64,000 nucleotides of DNA from positions 33,840 to 97,839 of the forward strand of contig MCFE01000308.1 of assembly GCA_002104905.1 (NCBI GenBank). The letters run 5' to 3'. Both the position numbers and the translations under genes were made by a program. Shown in pieces: positions 9,390 through 22,500 of this stretch. Positions within the stretch are counted from its first letter, which is position 1. Each line of letters starts with the position of its first letter. The DNA comes from Basidiobolus meristosporus CBS 931.73. Taxonomy: Eukaryota > Fungi > Basidiobolomycota. Under the pieces are notes generated by a model that was not told the origin of the DNA, did no database searches, and saw nothing but the letters and a program-made list of their open reading frames with translations.

Positions 9390-11279
9390 TGGAATTTGGT
9401 AAATCCACTTGGTAAAGATTGTATGCCTGAGAATAGGACAAGGATCATCAGTGGAGTTTTATAATGTTGGAATGGTCACCTACTCGAGGCTCATGCTGGA
9501 TCAGATGATTGATTTTGGGGAAAACGGAAAATCGCAGTTACCAACTCTTGCTGAGAAATTGGTCAGCAACCGAAATACATTTAAAGCACAAGTGAATCAT
9601 CGACTACACTGCAGTTTTTTCAAAATTAGAGTGGTGATGAGTCTGATCAGCAGAAAGTATGACAGCTAAGTGGACTTCTTACTGCGGATTAGAAGATGCT
9701 AAGTGGCCATGCGCATTATCTCACCCCAGCAATGGTAAAAGCCTGACCAGATCGCTCATTGTGCATTCTACTAGCGGATGTCACTACACAGAGCCAACCC
9801 TGCTAGCTCTTGGTTATCGGGGTATTTCTTCTCCTAAGTGGCAGTGATCGACAGGCAATTAGTGATAATTGCGGATTATTCCTTGCGATTGACAGCCCAA
9901 CATGAATTTCGGTATGACTGGTATATTCCAGTTGTCTTCAGATTCTATTCTGAAACCCTTCCAGTAACCTCATTGACAAGCGTAAATCACCATGCCTCCT
10001 TGGTAACCTGCGGTTCCGCGCCAAATTGTCACCACTGTGACACCTTAACCATGCCCGAATCAACTATTGGTACAGGCGGAGGAAACATACTCCAAGTGAT
10101 GTGGTTGAGTTGTCGGTCTGCGGATGCGATTGATTGGCATGATAAGGAAGCCCCTACGGATTTACCCCATACACAACAATGATGTATTGGAAATTGCTTC
10201 ACTTTCTGTGCAGCAACCACCAAGCATCTAAAGTTACCACTTCAAAGGCTAAATGGCTTAACATCAGATACATCTTTAAATTATATCTCCGATAACCACA
10301 TTTTGATCCCGGTTGACATGGCTGCACATGCAGTGACAATCTGAAGCGTCGGGGTTGTGGCTTTCCTTTTGTCGCGACATGGCTTCAACCAGTCACTTTT
10401 CTAGTATCCATATGTATCAATGCAGCATTCTTCACTTGCGAAAATCATGAAGATTTTGCTACATCCATTTCCAACTAATTGGGATTGATTTCCTAACGAA
10501 CAGCTCTCTGAATTGGGGCGAACTGCAATTTCAACTCTAGGTATTCTTTACATTAGCATCCTTCATACGGCCAGCTCTGCTGCAAGGTAGTAAATGCAAG
10601 CCAGCCATAGTAAGCCCTTGTTCCAGAATCCACAGAGATACCAAGATTTTGGAGGTTGGTGAGAAATAGAAAAACGAGTATGCTTCCCTTATTGATTTAG
10701 TGAGTAGAAATCCAATATACAAACCATTTGAGAGCTCCCTATGTTGCGAACGGTAGGTTTAGCACCTGATTATTAATGTATTTTACACTTTCATCTTACC
10801 AACTCAAGGTTTACTGACTTGGAATGAATGTCATATTCACCAACTCTTGAGTTGTAGAGATACTGGAAACTACCAAAAGCTTCAATCGCACCTTGTATTA
10901 TGTACACAACTTCCTGGAACCTTTCACAACGTTACTTATACAAAGTTCACACAAAAGCACTACCATAACTTCGCATATCTACATATGAAAGGCCTCGCTT
11001 ACCTCTAAGCACCCCCCCCAAATCATATTCAGCCACTCACTGTTACCTTCAACACCCTACTGGTGGTATGCTTGGAAGTGATCTGATGATATTAAACATC
11101 ACGTTTGTTGGTATTTGTTAGTTTACTGGGCTAAAGTCGAGTGCTGTTAGTTTTAGTGGATCTATCAATCAAGGTATGCCAGCTGAAAGTTGTCCTATCA
11201 GAATCTTTGATAGAGCCCTCAGAGTATCATATGAAAATCAGCAGAGACCCAAGCTGAATCAGACCATTCAAAAATGCGA

Positions 11280-11680
11280 AATAGGGCTCATTTTTGGATC
11301 TAGTAGTGTATGTATTGCATCGGGCATCGTATAGAGTACTCTTAGGCAAAGATGAAGCCCGGCGATTAATTGGAATTCTACTAGAGTGGAACGCTTGGGG
11401 CTCTTAATTAGAAAACATCAAGGTTGCTAACTGTAGATGATATTTAATTATCTGGGCAATGCTTGGAAGTATGTAGAGGTAAAAGAAAAGGATAACCTTA
11501 AGTAAAGTAGCATCTCTGTAGCTGGTGAGCATTGGAGTGGGGTAGCAATCTACAAAGAATTTGGGCAAGACAATCTAAGATTCATAGACTATGATCCAAG
11601 TAACCCAGTGATTGGAATATCTAGGTGTAATTACAAAATTTGCAACAGCATTTACCAAGGCTCTGGGAAGTAAAGAATAC
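11280..11680 (+). mobile_element. Possible very decayed reverse transcriptase relic
   Basis: Frameshifted NIKVAN/VDDI (YxDD-like) near 11415-11445 and VTQ*LEYLGV near 11600-11630, inside a locally CpG-poor patch. Confidence 0.3.
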
Positions 11681-14461
11681 AAGTCCATATTCTTTGGATT
11701 GGCATTGTAATGCTGGAGTACTCTTGGTACACTCGTATTTCTGAAGTAACATCAAAGCTGAGGTCAAACTCAAATTATCCCACATCTCCTTGCCTAAGGG
11801 CTAAAGTATGAGCAGTACCATTATTGCAACAGGTCTCACTTTTGAATCCCTTGGTTTTAATCTAAACACTGTACTGTTGGTGAAATTTTGAGGAACTGTA
11901 GTCAGCTTAATAATTTGAAGGATGAGAGACAAGGGTTATGGAAAACTTGAGGGACTGGAACACGGGGATTAATATCATCGCAGGCCAAAGAGTGGTGGAG
12001 GTTTTTGGAGAATTAGGTGCGATACATACGTATATATTTGGATAACTATTGTGAGCGATCTTGATAGAATGATTCGACTTGGTGGAGACATGGTTTTAGG
12101 CAGCCAGATCATTCCAGGTGAAATGCTAGAAATGGGAAAATTCAACCCATAGTTTGTCATTCTGGTGAGGATCTGGTCATGATCGCTGAAGAATCGAGGG
12201 GGCGAGGGCAGATCAGAGTAAACACCAAAGAGTATCCCCATGCACACAGAATATACTGGGCAAACCGCAAGAAATCAAATGCAATTCTTATTCGCGTTGG
12301 CGATGTGCAAAGCTGTGTAGGCTTTATCGATGCAGTGGGTATCGATCCATCACAGCCGCTTCATCATAGACGTAGGCAAAGTTAGCGTAACATCAATTCC
12401 TTGCGCCGCAGGGTGTGGTCACCACCGCGTAGCCCATTCCAATGGGTTCTCCCCCATGTAGAACAGTCTTGGATATGTAGCCTCATGATATCAACCCTTG
12501 AAGTCGCTGGTATGAGATGTGTAGGTATTTTACCATCTTGCTACCATCCTGTAAAGTAACATCTCCAGTTGAGTGTAATTTACCGGTTGAATTTCTCTAT
12601 GCACACCTGATAAGAGGTACACATCGCACTCGAGGTATGAGTCATTGCAACCTCATGTCACCAGGGGAGCAACACAAAATCGTCATCCAAAGGCCTTGGT
12701 AGTGCCATATCTTACTGGAGCGGATGGGTGGTTAGGTTTCTGGTCCCTCCTTCGGGACACAATTCAGGAAGCTAGCACCAGCAATCGTGGTGGAATTAGG
12801 GTGCAGCCGTTTGCAGGGTGGCGAATTGGCGCGGTGGCGCTAGCGCTAATACGCCAAGCATGTCTGGCGTCAGCTACTTCGAACTGGCTAGCCTTGACCG
12901 ACCCAAAGGTTGGAAAATACTAGGACGCCTTCGTGGAGACCATCACCAGAAGGGCAACATTCCGCTGGATGGACCATGCATTTCGGATCTACGAGAAATC
13001 TTCGATCATTGAATGCGCCAATATCCGCACTGCTCCCTCAAGATTGTCGCCTCTATACGGAGATGAGTCATTGGATATTCCGTTAGAGACGCATTCCTAT
13101 TTCCAAAAATGGTTTGTATGACAACTTGGCGCCCGGTCATTAGCATTCCAAGGCATGCACACACCATGTTACCACCGCAACTCACGAGAATTCAATGAGT
13201 ATCTCGTCTAAGCAAGCCAAAACAGGGGCACGATGATATCCACCAAATCATGCAGCCACCTCACGGTGTTTCTTACCAATAGATCATCCGGTGCTTTTTT
13301 CTAAAGCAACTGATTTCCCTATTGTCCCACTTATCGGACTGGAGATCACGTGTAGTAAAAGGGTTCACCAGCAGCGTCTATACATGCGTGTGTCCATGGT
13401 CCGGAAAGAACCCACTGGACTGGCGAGCGGATAGATGGGCAGCCTAGACCAACTGCAAGAAATACTGAACCTTCCCAACGCCAACTACACACGCACACGC
13501 TCTGCTCCGCCTCACCCCCACTGCTACCTGTACTACGTTGGTCGAGACTAAATGAACCGAATTGCATTTTGATCCAAATCAGCAACTCCACCGTTTCATC
13601 TGGAACCATGCATGGCGAAGGTTACTTGGATGACTTGCAAGGTTTGCCAAAGTCCATGTTTGGACTGGTCATGGTTTACGGATCGAAATTGCCTATGCTG
13701 GCACTCGATCTGGAAACACCTCGATGATATCACCGCATGTGAGAAATCCACCTTCGTCCAACTTCATTTGGTCAGTTGTGGAATGGCATCACCTCAGCTG
13801 ACTCCCATATCTGGGGCCACCTCATGGACTCCCTTCGAGTCTCCGGTGGCCATCAATTGGCTCTTCTAAAGCTGCCAACCCATGGAACCTAACGAAATAT
13901 CCATTTGTGGTATGCTTGGGGGATTTTCAGTCAAGAGTCATTCACGTGGTGCAAGGGTCCTTCATAGTGGCACCCACATAACCCATAACAACTAGATGCA
14001 TCATTCGGCCCAAATGATGACCAAGGGAATCAGCTACTAAAATGAGGTTCGTCGTGACACGTGATATCACCCAGTCCACCTAACAAAGTTGCGTAATCCG
14101 GCCCTACGCATGTGGAGATTCCAGTCAACTGCCACACATCGACACTAGACATTGTTGAGAGAAAGATTTCCATGGAATAAATAAGGGGTCGGTCATTTCA
14201 TGAGTGTAGTATGTTTAATGGAATCGACAAGATGTAAATATCGGGAGGATCTCGACCACTAGACGGCATCGAAAAATGATTGCTTTTTGGGCATTAAGCG
14301 AAAGAAAATCTCAGGTATTGAAATGAAGGATAGGTTAGGCTAGGCGGATTAGATGCTACCATTGAAAATGAGGACAACCCTTTAGAAATTCATGGTCATC
14401 TGGAAATCAACATACAAAATGGGTATTACAGGTTATGTATGGGGTAGTGGAAGGGTTGAAT

Positions 14462-15276
14462 TTACATTATCATACACCCCCAAAACATGAAAGTGCTCAT
14501 AGATACTATAACCAAGGACACAAGCCCAGGACGGGATAGGACAGCATTATTGATGGCATTCGGGTTCTTGGCTTTCGAAAGAAATAGGTGTTAGTTAAAT
14601 TGATAGAAGCATCATATCAAATCAAATGAAACTTACGCTCAAATCCACTACGTTCGTAGATACTGAATGCCATTTGCTTATTCGCTTGAACAGTAAAATT
14701 TTTGAATGCACTATTTATCGTCATTTGGTATTGATGTCCGGCAGTTAATGGATTTTCTTGAGGCCACAGGGAAGTATTCCAAAGATACCCGGTATCGGAG
14801 CCGGTGACATTTGTTACGAAGTATTTGATGGCTTTAGCATCCACAAGTTCCATAGTCATAATCTGAGGCCTCGCGGGGCTATCACCATATGTCCAGTTGA
14901 ATTGTACTGCATCCCCTCTAACTATGAGGTACTTTTTGCTCCAGAGAAATTCAGGAGCGGTTATCTGTAAGAGTACTGAACTAGAAGCTGTGGGCTGGTT
15001 ACCACTTTGTGTAGCGGTGGGGTTTGTGGAATTTCCTGAAGGGTTAGTAGTGCCAGAGGGATTCAACGCACCACTAGTAGGGGCTGGGTTGGCTCCACTG
15101 TTAGGGCTTTCACTATTACCACCGCTTGTAGGGTTAGGATTTCCTCCGCTGGTAGGACTAGCACCACCACCACCGCTAGTGGGTTGCTGGCTAGGGGACT
15201 CATTTTGAGCGACCACGCCGGTGGCTAACAGCACGGCTAACGCGCAAGAAAGGGTGATTTTTGAGAAAAGGCGCAT
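14462..15276 (-). CDS. Secreted, probably GPI-anchored Ser/Thr/Gly/Pro-rich cell-surface protein with a Kre9/KNH-like beta domain; 2 exons (15276-14637, 14571-14462)
   Basis: Signal peptide MRLFSKITLSCALAVLLATGVVAQ and PTSGG repeats. The intron 14636-14572 (GTAAGT...CTAAC...AAG) restores a C-terminus ...NAINNAVLSRPGLVSLVIVSMSTFMFWGCMIM*, typical of a GPI signal. Confidence 0.8.
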
Positions 15277-16217
15277 ACGGGAATTGAGGAAGAACTCTGC
15301 AGAGTGCACAGAAAGGTCCACGGTCGGCACTTCGATTTATCATCAATCGGACGGACCAATCACCTGGGCTCCCGTGAAAAAAAGGGACCGGTCCCTTTGT
15401 CTGTAGGAAAAGTTTAGTTTGATTTAACTAATGAATCCCGGTAGCATATTTCCTTCTATACGCCCCAAATCCCTAATCGATCCTGGGCTATTTTTAGCCT
15501 CACCAACCCCCCCCCATGAAGAGGGTGCCAATTTGAATGGACATATAACTAATCCCATATATGGTGATTCAATTTAACTGATGGTTCCCTCAAGCTGAAG
15601 ATGGACAAATGGTTGTTGAAAATGGGTTTCGCGGAATTATTATGGAACCTTGGCGGCTCCATGAAATCCAATACAACGCTGTTTACATATGCACCCATTA
15701 TGATTGCTTCCCTAGGAATTGGTGTTGACTAGATTTCGGTCATCGAGGGACCTGGGATGATCTCAACCAAGTGGGTACAGGTTTTCTTTAATAAAAAGTA
15801 GAATGCGATGATGTGTGAGGTCCCAAATACATAGCGAGGACAGTGATCTGCACCACCAGAGATGTATGTATGTAACCAGGGGGGAGAATATGAATGAGGC
15901 GAACGGGCGGTGGCTCGATATTGATACTTTCAAAAACATCAATAGAAGAAGGGTCGGTAAGTTACAAAGCGACCAAAGAGTATTGTATTGAAAATGAAGC
16001 TTGAGGGAGGGAAGGATTTAGGCACCCGGCGACTGGCTTTGAAAGTTTCTATCTGTACACGAGATGGAAAGAAATTCAAAATAAGAAATGCCAAGAATAA
16101 TAACGAAGTGGGATGATGGAAGTAACATGAAGAGATATACGCCTCTCCACTTGCAGCAAGGAGTTCTAAGTCATGGTGTAGCAGCCATGACCATGGATGG
16201 GCTATGTGAGGGCATGT

Positions 16218-17976
16218 CTAGCTGCAAGCCCGACAAGTGAGAATATCCAGAAGATGTCCAACAAATCCTTTCTTCTCTTCCTGGTTGTGATTGATGGGGT
16301 TCGGGGGTGCCGATTGAGGGTTGGGTGATGAAGATGCCTGGGCATGGTTGTGTAGAGGATAGGTTTGTTTCGATAGATTGGCATTGGTCGCGGCCTGTTC
16401 GGACTGCAAAACGTTGGCTGGATGGCTGCTACCCCGAGTAGGAAGCGGGACATCGCTACTATAACGAGGGGATTGGTGTGGGTGGCCACTGTAGCGCTGA
16501 GAGGTGGTGGCACGCGTAGTCATGCGGGCGGGGTCTAGAGGCTTTAGCACAGATTCCTTGGTATTCTACTCGCAAGGGTTACTGGTATTGTATAGACAAT
16601 GATGAATCCAGAGATTACTAACCTCCATTCGTCTACTACCGTCCAAGAGCATCCAATCGTATATGCCGTCATCTTGTTGACCAAGTCTCGATAAAACTTT
16701 GTCAAAGAGTTCACGCATATAATTGTAATTAGGAGTTTCTTCAAATCCGAGTTTACGAACGTAGGTTAAATAAGTGGCAAACTCATCTGCAGGGAGGTTT
16801 GGCGATCAGTATGAAGTCCGGCGACGGGTCGCTCAAGATGCAACAAGTGTACCTGGAAACCCTTCACACAGCTCCTTAATAGGCGTGGTTTGTTTCTTCT
16901 CACCAATTCTCTCGTACTTTTGCTTGTTTGTGGCCGCCTTCAAGCCTTGCCATGGAAGTGAGCCTCTTAAAAAATAGAAAAACACATGCCCCAGTGATTC
17001 CAGATCATCTCGGCGTGATTGTTCTGCAACAATGATGAAGAATTGAATAAAATGCTAACTCTATATCGACTTGAAATGACTTACCTCGACCAAGATGGGT
17101 GTTGATACTCATATAACGGGCAGTCCCGCTTAGACTTTTCCGCTCTCTATATGGTATGTGCTGTCGAGTCTTCGGGTCACGATACTGCTTAGCCATTCCG
17201 AAGTCAATCAAATAGACCATATTGCATTGCTTAGTATTCAGTCGACCAGTTAAAAAATTATCGGGCTTGATGTCGCGATATATCAAATGATGGTCATGAA
17301 CGGCCTCCACTCTGGTTAACTTAGGCAGATACTCAGGTTAGTGGCCGACGCAGCAAAACAAGCCTTGGTAAAGAGTAAGGATTTGGGCTGCTTACCATCT
17401 GTTTTGCTAACATAGCGACAGTCTTCACGCTGAACTTTCTTCGGCACATTTCAAATAGATCCTCCAAGCTGGGTCCTAGTAGATCGATGACTAGGAAATT
17501 GTGCATTCCCTCTTGGCCAAAGTAGTAAACCTTGGGAACACCAACTAATAGAAGGGCGGGTCAGAAGGGGCTTGGGCTCAAATCAATCTGTCGGGAAAAG
17601 GTCTTACAGGTTCCAGCTAGGGTCTTGTAGGTCCTAAATTCGTCACGAAGTTGGGGAGCATCGCTTTTTCGAGGTTCCTAGTTTGAGGGTGGTTATGGTT
17701 AAGCGAAAACTCGTCGGTTCTAGTTGAATATACGGCCGAGAGTTCCACAGAAAAAAGATACAAATTTGATGGCTACAGTTTGGTTATTTGCAATGTTGAC
17801 GCCTACAAAACACAGAGAAGTAAGTACAGTACGCTCCAAGAAGGGCACGTAGAAGTCATACCTTCATAAATGACCCCAAAACTTCCTTCCCCGATCTTCT
17901 TTCCAATTTTAAACTGTTCGCCAACTATGGTTGGTCCAGAGTTTGAAGAATGTGAACTGCTTGATGTATGGGCCAT
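16218..17976 (-). CDS. CK1: Casein kinase I, Yck1/2-Cki (CK1 gamma-like) type, multi-exon
   Basis: Exons give MAHTSSS...[13 protein letters not shown] / VAIKF / [13 protein letters not shown] / [10 protein letters not shown] / [32 protein letters not shown] / [20 protein letters not shown]. Low-complexity tail ending in Cys-rich TCRACS*. Confidence 0.95.
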
Positions 17977-19507
17977 AAGCTGGTATCAAGGTGCTCTGTA
18001 AGGTATATACTAAACTGGGCTCAAGCAAACTGGGAGGGACTATAGCGCTTGAGAGAGCAAAGGATGTTGTGGATATTCTGGTTGCTTTTTGCAGAACTGC
18101 CAGACACTCAAGGAAAGTCGAAGAGGAACCGATTCAAATGCAACAACGCTACCAATATATTCGCGAAAGAATAGCACTGTTCAATCTCTGCCGCAGTCTT
18201 AAAGGGGAGGAGAGCAGGGAAGAAAAGAATGGCAAGGCTTACGAAAAGACAGAGCTACTGTCTGTTAAAAGAGAAGGTGAGTTGTTCTCTAAGTGTATCA
18301 ACTGGATTTTGGTGGGATAATCATGAGTATAATAAGGCATCGAAGGATCATAATTAGCGATGATATTTAAAAGTGAATATTGCGATGGATATGGGAATGC
18401 ATATAATGATAATTATGCAATAGAAACGTACGAAAATAGTGATCATGGAATCATTTCATCGGGGATTATTAGGCTAATGAAAATGCGGATGCCAGATTTG
18501 GCTGTTCCCCAAATTAATGAATGACCTGGATAATTGGTGAAAAAATCCTCTTCCAACATTGGCAATGCGATAATGGATGTGGTGAGTTGGTAGCAAGGAG
18601 GGTCAGGCGTGCGGTAAGTAATAATTAATTTGCCTGGACTGTAACAATGAAGCGTCACCAATAATTAGCAATGGGGTTTTCATGGTACAGCGCTTGAACG
18701 TACAGAATAATTGTTATTGAAAGGTGCTCCTGAACAAGAAACAGAGAAGCCATTCCGATTCTGACGAATTCTCTGGTTACACTAATTGAAACTCCATATG
18801 ATCAGGTGGTGGGTGATTTGGCTGTGTGAAAGCGACGGATTGCAAACACGGTTGCCCTTAATTAACACACAGCTTGAAACTAATTACCTAGATGGAAGAT
18901 GATTAGGGTTTGAGTGTGTGACCTGTACCACCCAGATGGCGACAAAGCTGCTGTTGAGCCATGTCCCCAACCAATGCATTTTCATGAGTGGCGACGGCCT
19001 GAAAGCTGGTTTGGATAGATGATACAGGTACCAATATATGTGGATATATTGTGCTGTATTGCAGAGTGCCTTGTGGAGCTCGCCGGTGGGTATACCGCTG
19101 GCAAAGCAGGCGAATTGGGTGGTGCTCGCTAGCAAGCAAGATGGCCACTGGTTTTCATCAATCACTGCGCTGGATGCGTGTTACCTGAATACACTGTGCG
19201 GAATGCAACTGCAGTATTCGTTAATCTTTGATTTATTGGACTTATGGCTTTACACAATAAAGTGAGATAGCGTGCTGTCGCCAGTCACAGTGAGGAGTGC
19301 TAGATTAACTCAAGGTGATTCTATACTTTTGCTAATATTGCTAATAAAAATTCAGGTTTTAACTTAGAATTGCGATCGTCTCTAAAGCAGACTAAAACCA
19401 GGGGAGGGGTGAATTTACAAGATTTAACACGAGCAATCTGAGTATGCTTATTAAAAGATCAGGGTTGAAATCGTTCGCCAACACGTCACGTCATGACCCG
19501 AAGAGGT

Positions 19508-22500
19508 CTACAGTATATTCCACCAGGCGATCTCGTAGAATTGCTCTTCTCTACGTGCGATGTAGCAGGGGATGGTATGGGAGAGCCATATCCTTCTTAG
19601 TTCATCGTAGCGGCGTTTGTTGAGGAACAAAGGGCGGCCTCGGCTGCAATACGGGGCGTTAGTATCCGATGCAGATGGGTGTGAGCACAAGGTGAATTTC
19701 TTACGTTAAGCCGGGATCAACTTCGCCATGGACATCGAGGTAGGGAGCATCCAACACACACCCGCTTGTCCCATGTAGTAGCGCAATGATGCTTTGGTTG
19801 ATTAGCATAAATATACCTACTGTCTTGCCACAGCTAGATAATAAAAATATTAATAATCCATTGGAGTTGGTTCGAGATGGATGTGAGGCTTCTTACTTGC
19901 TCATATGTCGGTAGCATTCGCCAAGCTGATCCACTGTGCAGCAAGAGCTTTGGTAACATAATATTCTACCGCAAAGCAAACATAAGGCTGGATGTTCGGG
20001 TATCTTTCGACAGCTGGGGCAAGTTGTGACGGTACTTTCTTGGACAAGAATATCCAATGTACTGGGCAGTTCCACCAGTTCGTAGAGCCCAGGGAACTGA
20101 AGCTGGATTTTTGATCGCTCGTTCTTGCATTGGACTGCTATGTGCTTGCACCATCCCGAAATCATTTTGTTCATCTGGCATGCTTCAGTCAATTCGGGGA
20201 TTCGTAGGACTCTGCAGAGGCGCTCAAACTCATCATGATCATCGTCCTCTTGATTACTCTCTAGCTGGCTAGGTACGAACCCAAGACACACTTGGAATAG
20301 GATAAGCGTTTTTCTCAAGAGGGGGAGGCAAGAGATCCGAATGAATGTGCTCAGGACGGGCTGGCCTACAATGGAGAAAAATGCGGCAATTTGGGCTTCA
20401 GATTTACCCGACAGTCTAAGAACATGCTTGAAGAATTGCTGCTCCGCTGGGGTTTCTGTTTCCTCTGATGCGCCGTCTACTTGCGAGTATTTGTCATCAA
20501 AAGAATTGCTATCGCGTATGATCACAGCCTCCCAGGTCGCAATGGTCACTCGTGTAACCTCTAGAAGATAAATCACCCTAACAAGGTTGAACAAATCCAT
20601 CTTGTGATGCGGGGCGACAAACACGGCCATCACCACGAGGAGGGTAAACGGGTCCTCGTAGAGGACAGGTGCTAATAGATCTAGCTTGTCATGCCCATCG
20701 TCCCATTGAAAGATCAAAAGCCGGTCGATGATATCCGGAAGACTTGGGGTAGAGAAGGATCCTTCGGGGAATTTAGCCACTTGGGGGATAGCTTCAGAGA
20801 GAATCCGCAGCACGGTCCAAGTAGGTTGGTCAATACGGTGCAGAAGTGATTCGTTTAGAAGATTAAAGTTCTTGCTCGTTCCACCTCGGTGAGATACCTC
20901 TATGCATGATATTGTGCTGGCGAGTGCTTCTATAAGCATCTCATGTGACTCTAAACTTTTGAGGCGTTCTGCTGAGGATTCAGAACAGATGCTGTTAAGA
21001 GCATCAATCATACTCTCGTAGAGCTCAAGCTGGTTCGTTGATTGTTTCTCTTCGGGCAAGTCGGTAGATAGCGACGGATTGCTCTGAGCAATGCTTAGCG
21101 ATTCTAGCAACGTTGGAACGAAGCTATTTTTTATCCAGAGCTCGAACTCCTGATCGAATTGATAGCTTTCAAAGCTCTGCTCGTCAAACAGCGTTATCGG
21201 TATCAGTATGTTTCCGAGAGATTTGCAGAGGGGGCATAGATATTCCTTCCGAGATGCTTGGATGTCCGATCCAGCCTGAGAAGAAATGTAGTTTTCGAAG
21301 CAATGTTGGTGCATCAAATGACCGCAAGAGGAGGCATGGATACCTTCCCGGTAGGATTTGAAAGGGTTGTCCTGGAACCTTTCGCCATTGCCAGCTATAT
21401 CATTGCTCAGTGGTTTGTCCAGAGAGTCAATATGATGGAATAGGTCTCTTATGATGCCCTCATCATCCATGGGAGTATATCTGATGGTGTTCGAAAGCTG
21501 GAAGAATCCGACCATTCCATACCAAGAGCCCTGCTCCAACTCTTCTTGACAGACGATACAAGGGCCGGACGGGTTTTCCCAGAGACGTTGCTTCTTCTTG
21601 ACTTGCTGGTCTTTATCGGTATCGTCAACATCCATGTCATCATACATTCCTTTGTTGTGTTCAAGAAATTGCTGCTGGGCCTTAGCAAATTGATTCATAA
21701 TGCGAGCTTGAATGTCTTGGGCAGTTTTCTTTCGAAAGTTTGCTTCAGAAGCCACTTCATCATCCTCTTCCGTGCTCGTTTTATACCGTGCAATCGATTG
21801 GGTAACAGCCTCCTGACCGGAATGTTCGAGTGCCTGCAGAATGAACTTTGCTTTACGGTGGAGCTCGGAAAACTTCTTCAATTTGGAGCATTGGATAAGC
21901 AACTCGATCAGTGAGGCCTTCTCGACTTCTGGGCCGTTTGAGATCTCCAACTCAGAAACAGAGCAATCAACGAAGATCTTTTCAGATTTGCTGGTTTTGG
22001 AGCTGACAACTATCGTCAGAAGATGCAGGGCTTCATCTACAATGGTGATGCTTCCTTCGCCAATTTGTAATGCGTAGTGAAGGCTTCGGGTAATCATCTC
22101 ATAGAACAATGGCGACTCAATTACTCTTCCCAGGCCAGCGTACGGGCCATCGTCGAGAGACAAGAGAGCGGAAACATAGACGTTGTTATTGTTGTCGCTG
22201 GTTCGTTTCTTTAGCACTTCCTCGGCTTCATCTCGATCCTGGCGTGTATAGTGTATGAAATAGGGATCGATCCTGTCGTAGTACTCAGGTTTGAGCTCGT
22301 ACAAGCCATGGTCGGAGACACCGTCGGGAGGCCTGAAATTGGTGACCTGCTTGAGAATCTCGTCGAAAGCCTTGTACTCGGTTAGGCGCTCAGATATACG
22401 CTCTGTTAGCTCCGAGTAAGCAATAGGCTTAACGCATCCGTGGATTATTTCCCTCATTACCCTCTCTTTCATGGAAGTTTCGGTGATGATCAGACGCTCG

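Noticed and set aside
16218-16235. Unusual CK1 C-terminus TCRACS
   Set aside because: Terminal cysteines for lipidation are the norm in Yck/Cki-type kinases; not novel.
18443-19265. Short ORFs between CK1 and UBR1
   Set aside because: No recognisable motif or splice pattern; most likely the UBR1 3' region and CK1 promoter.
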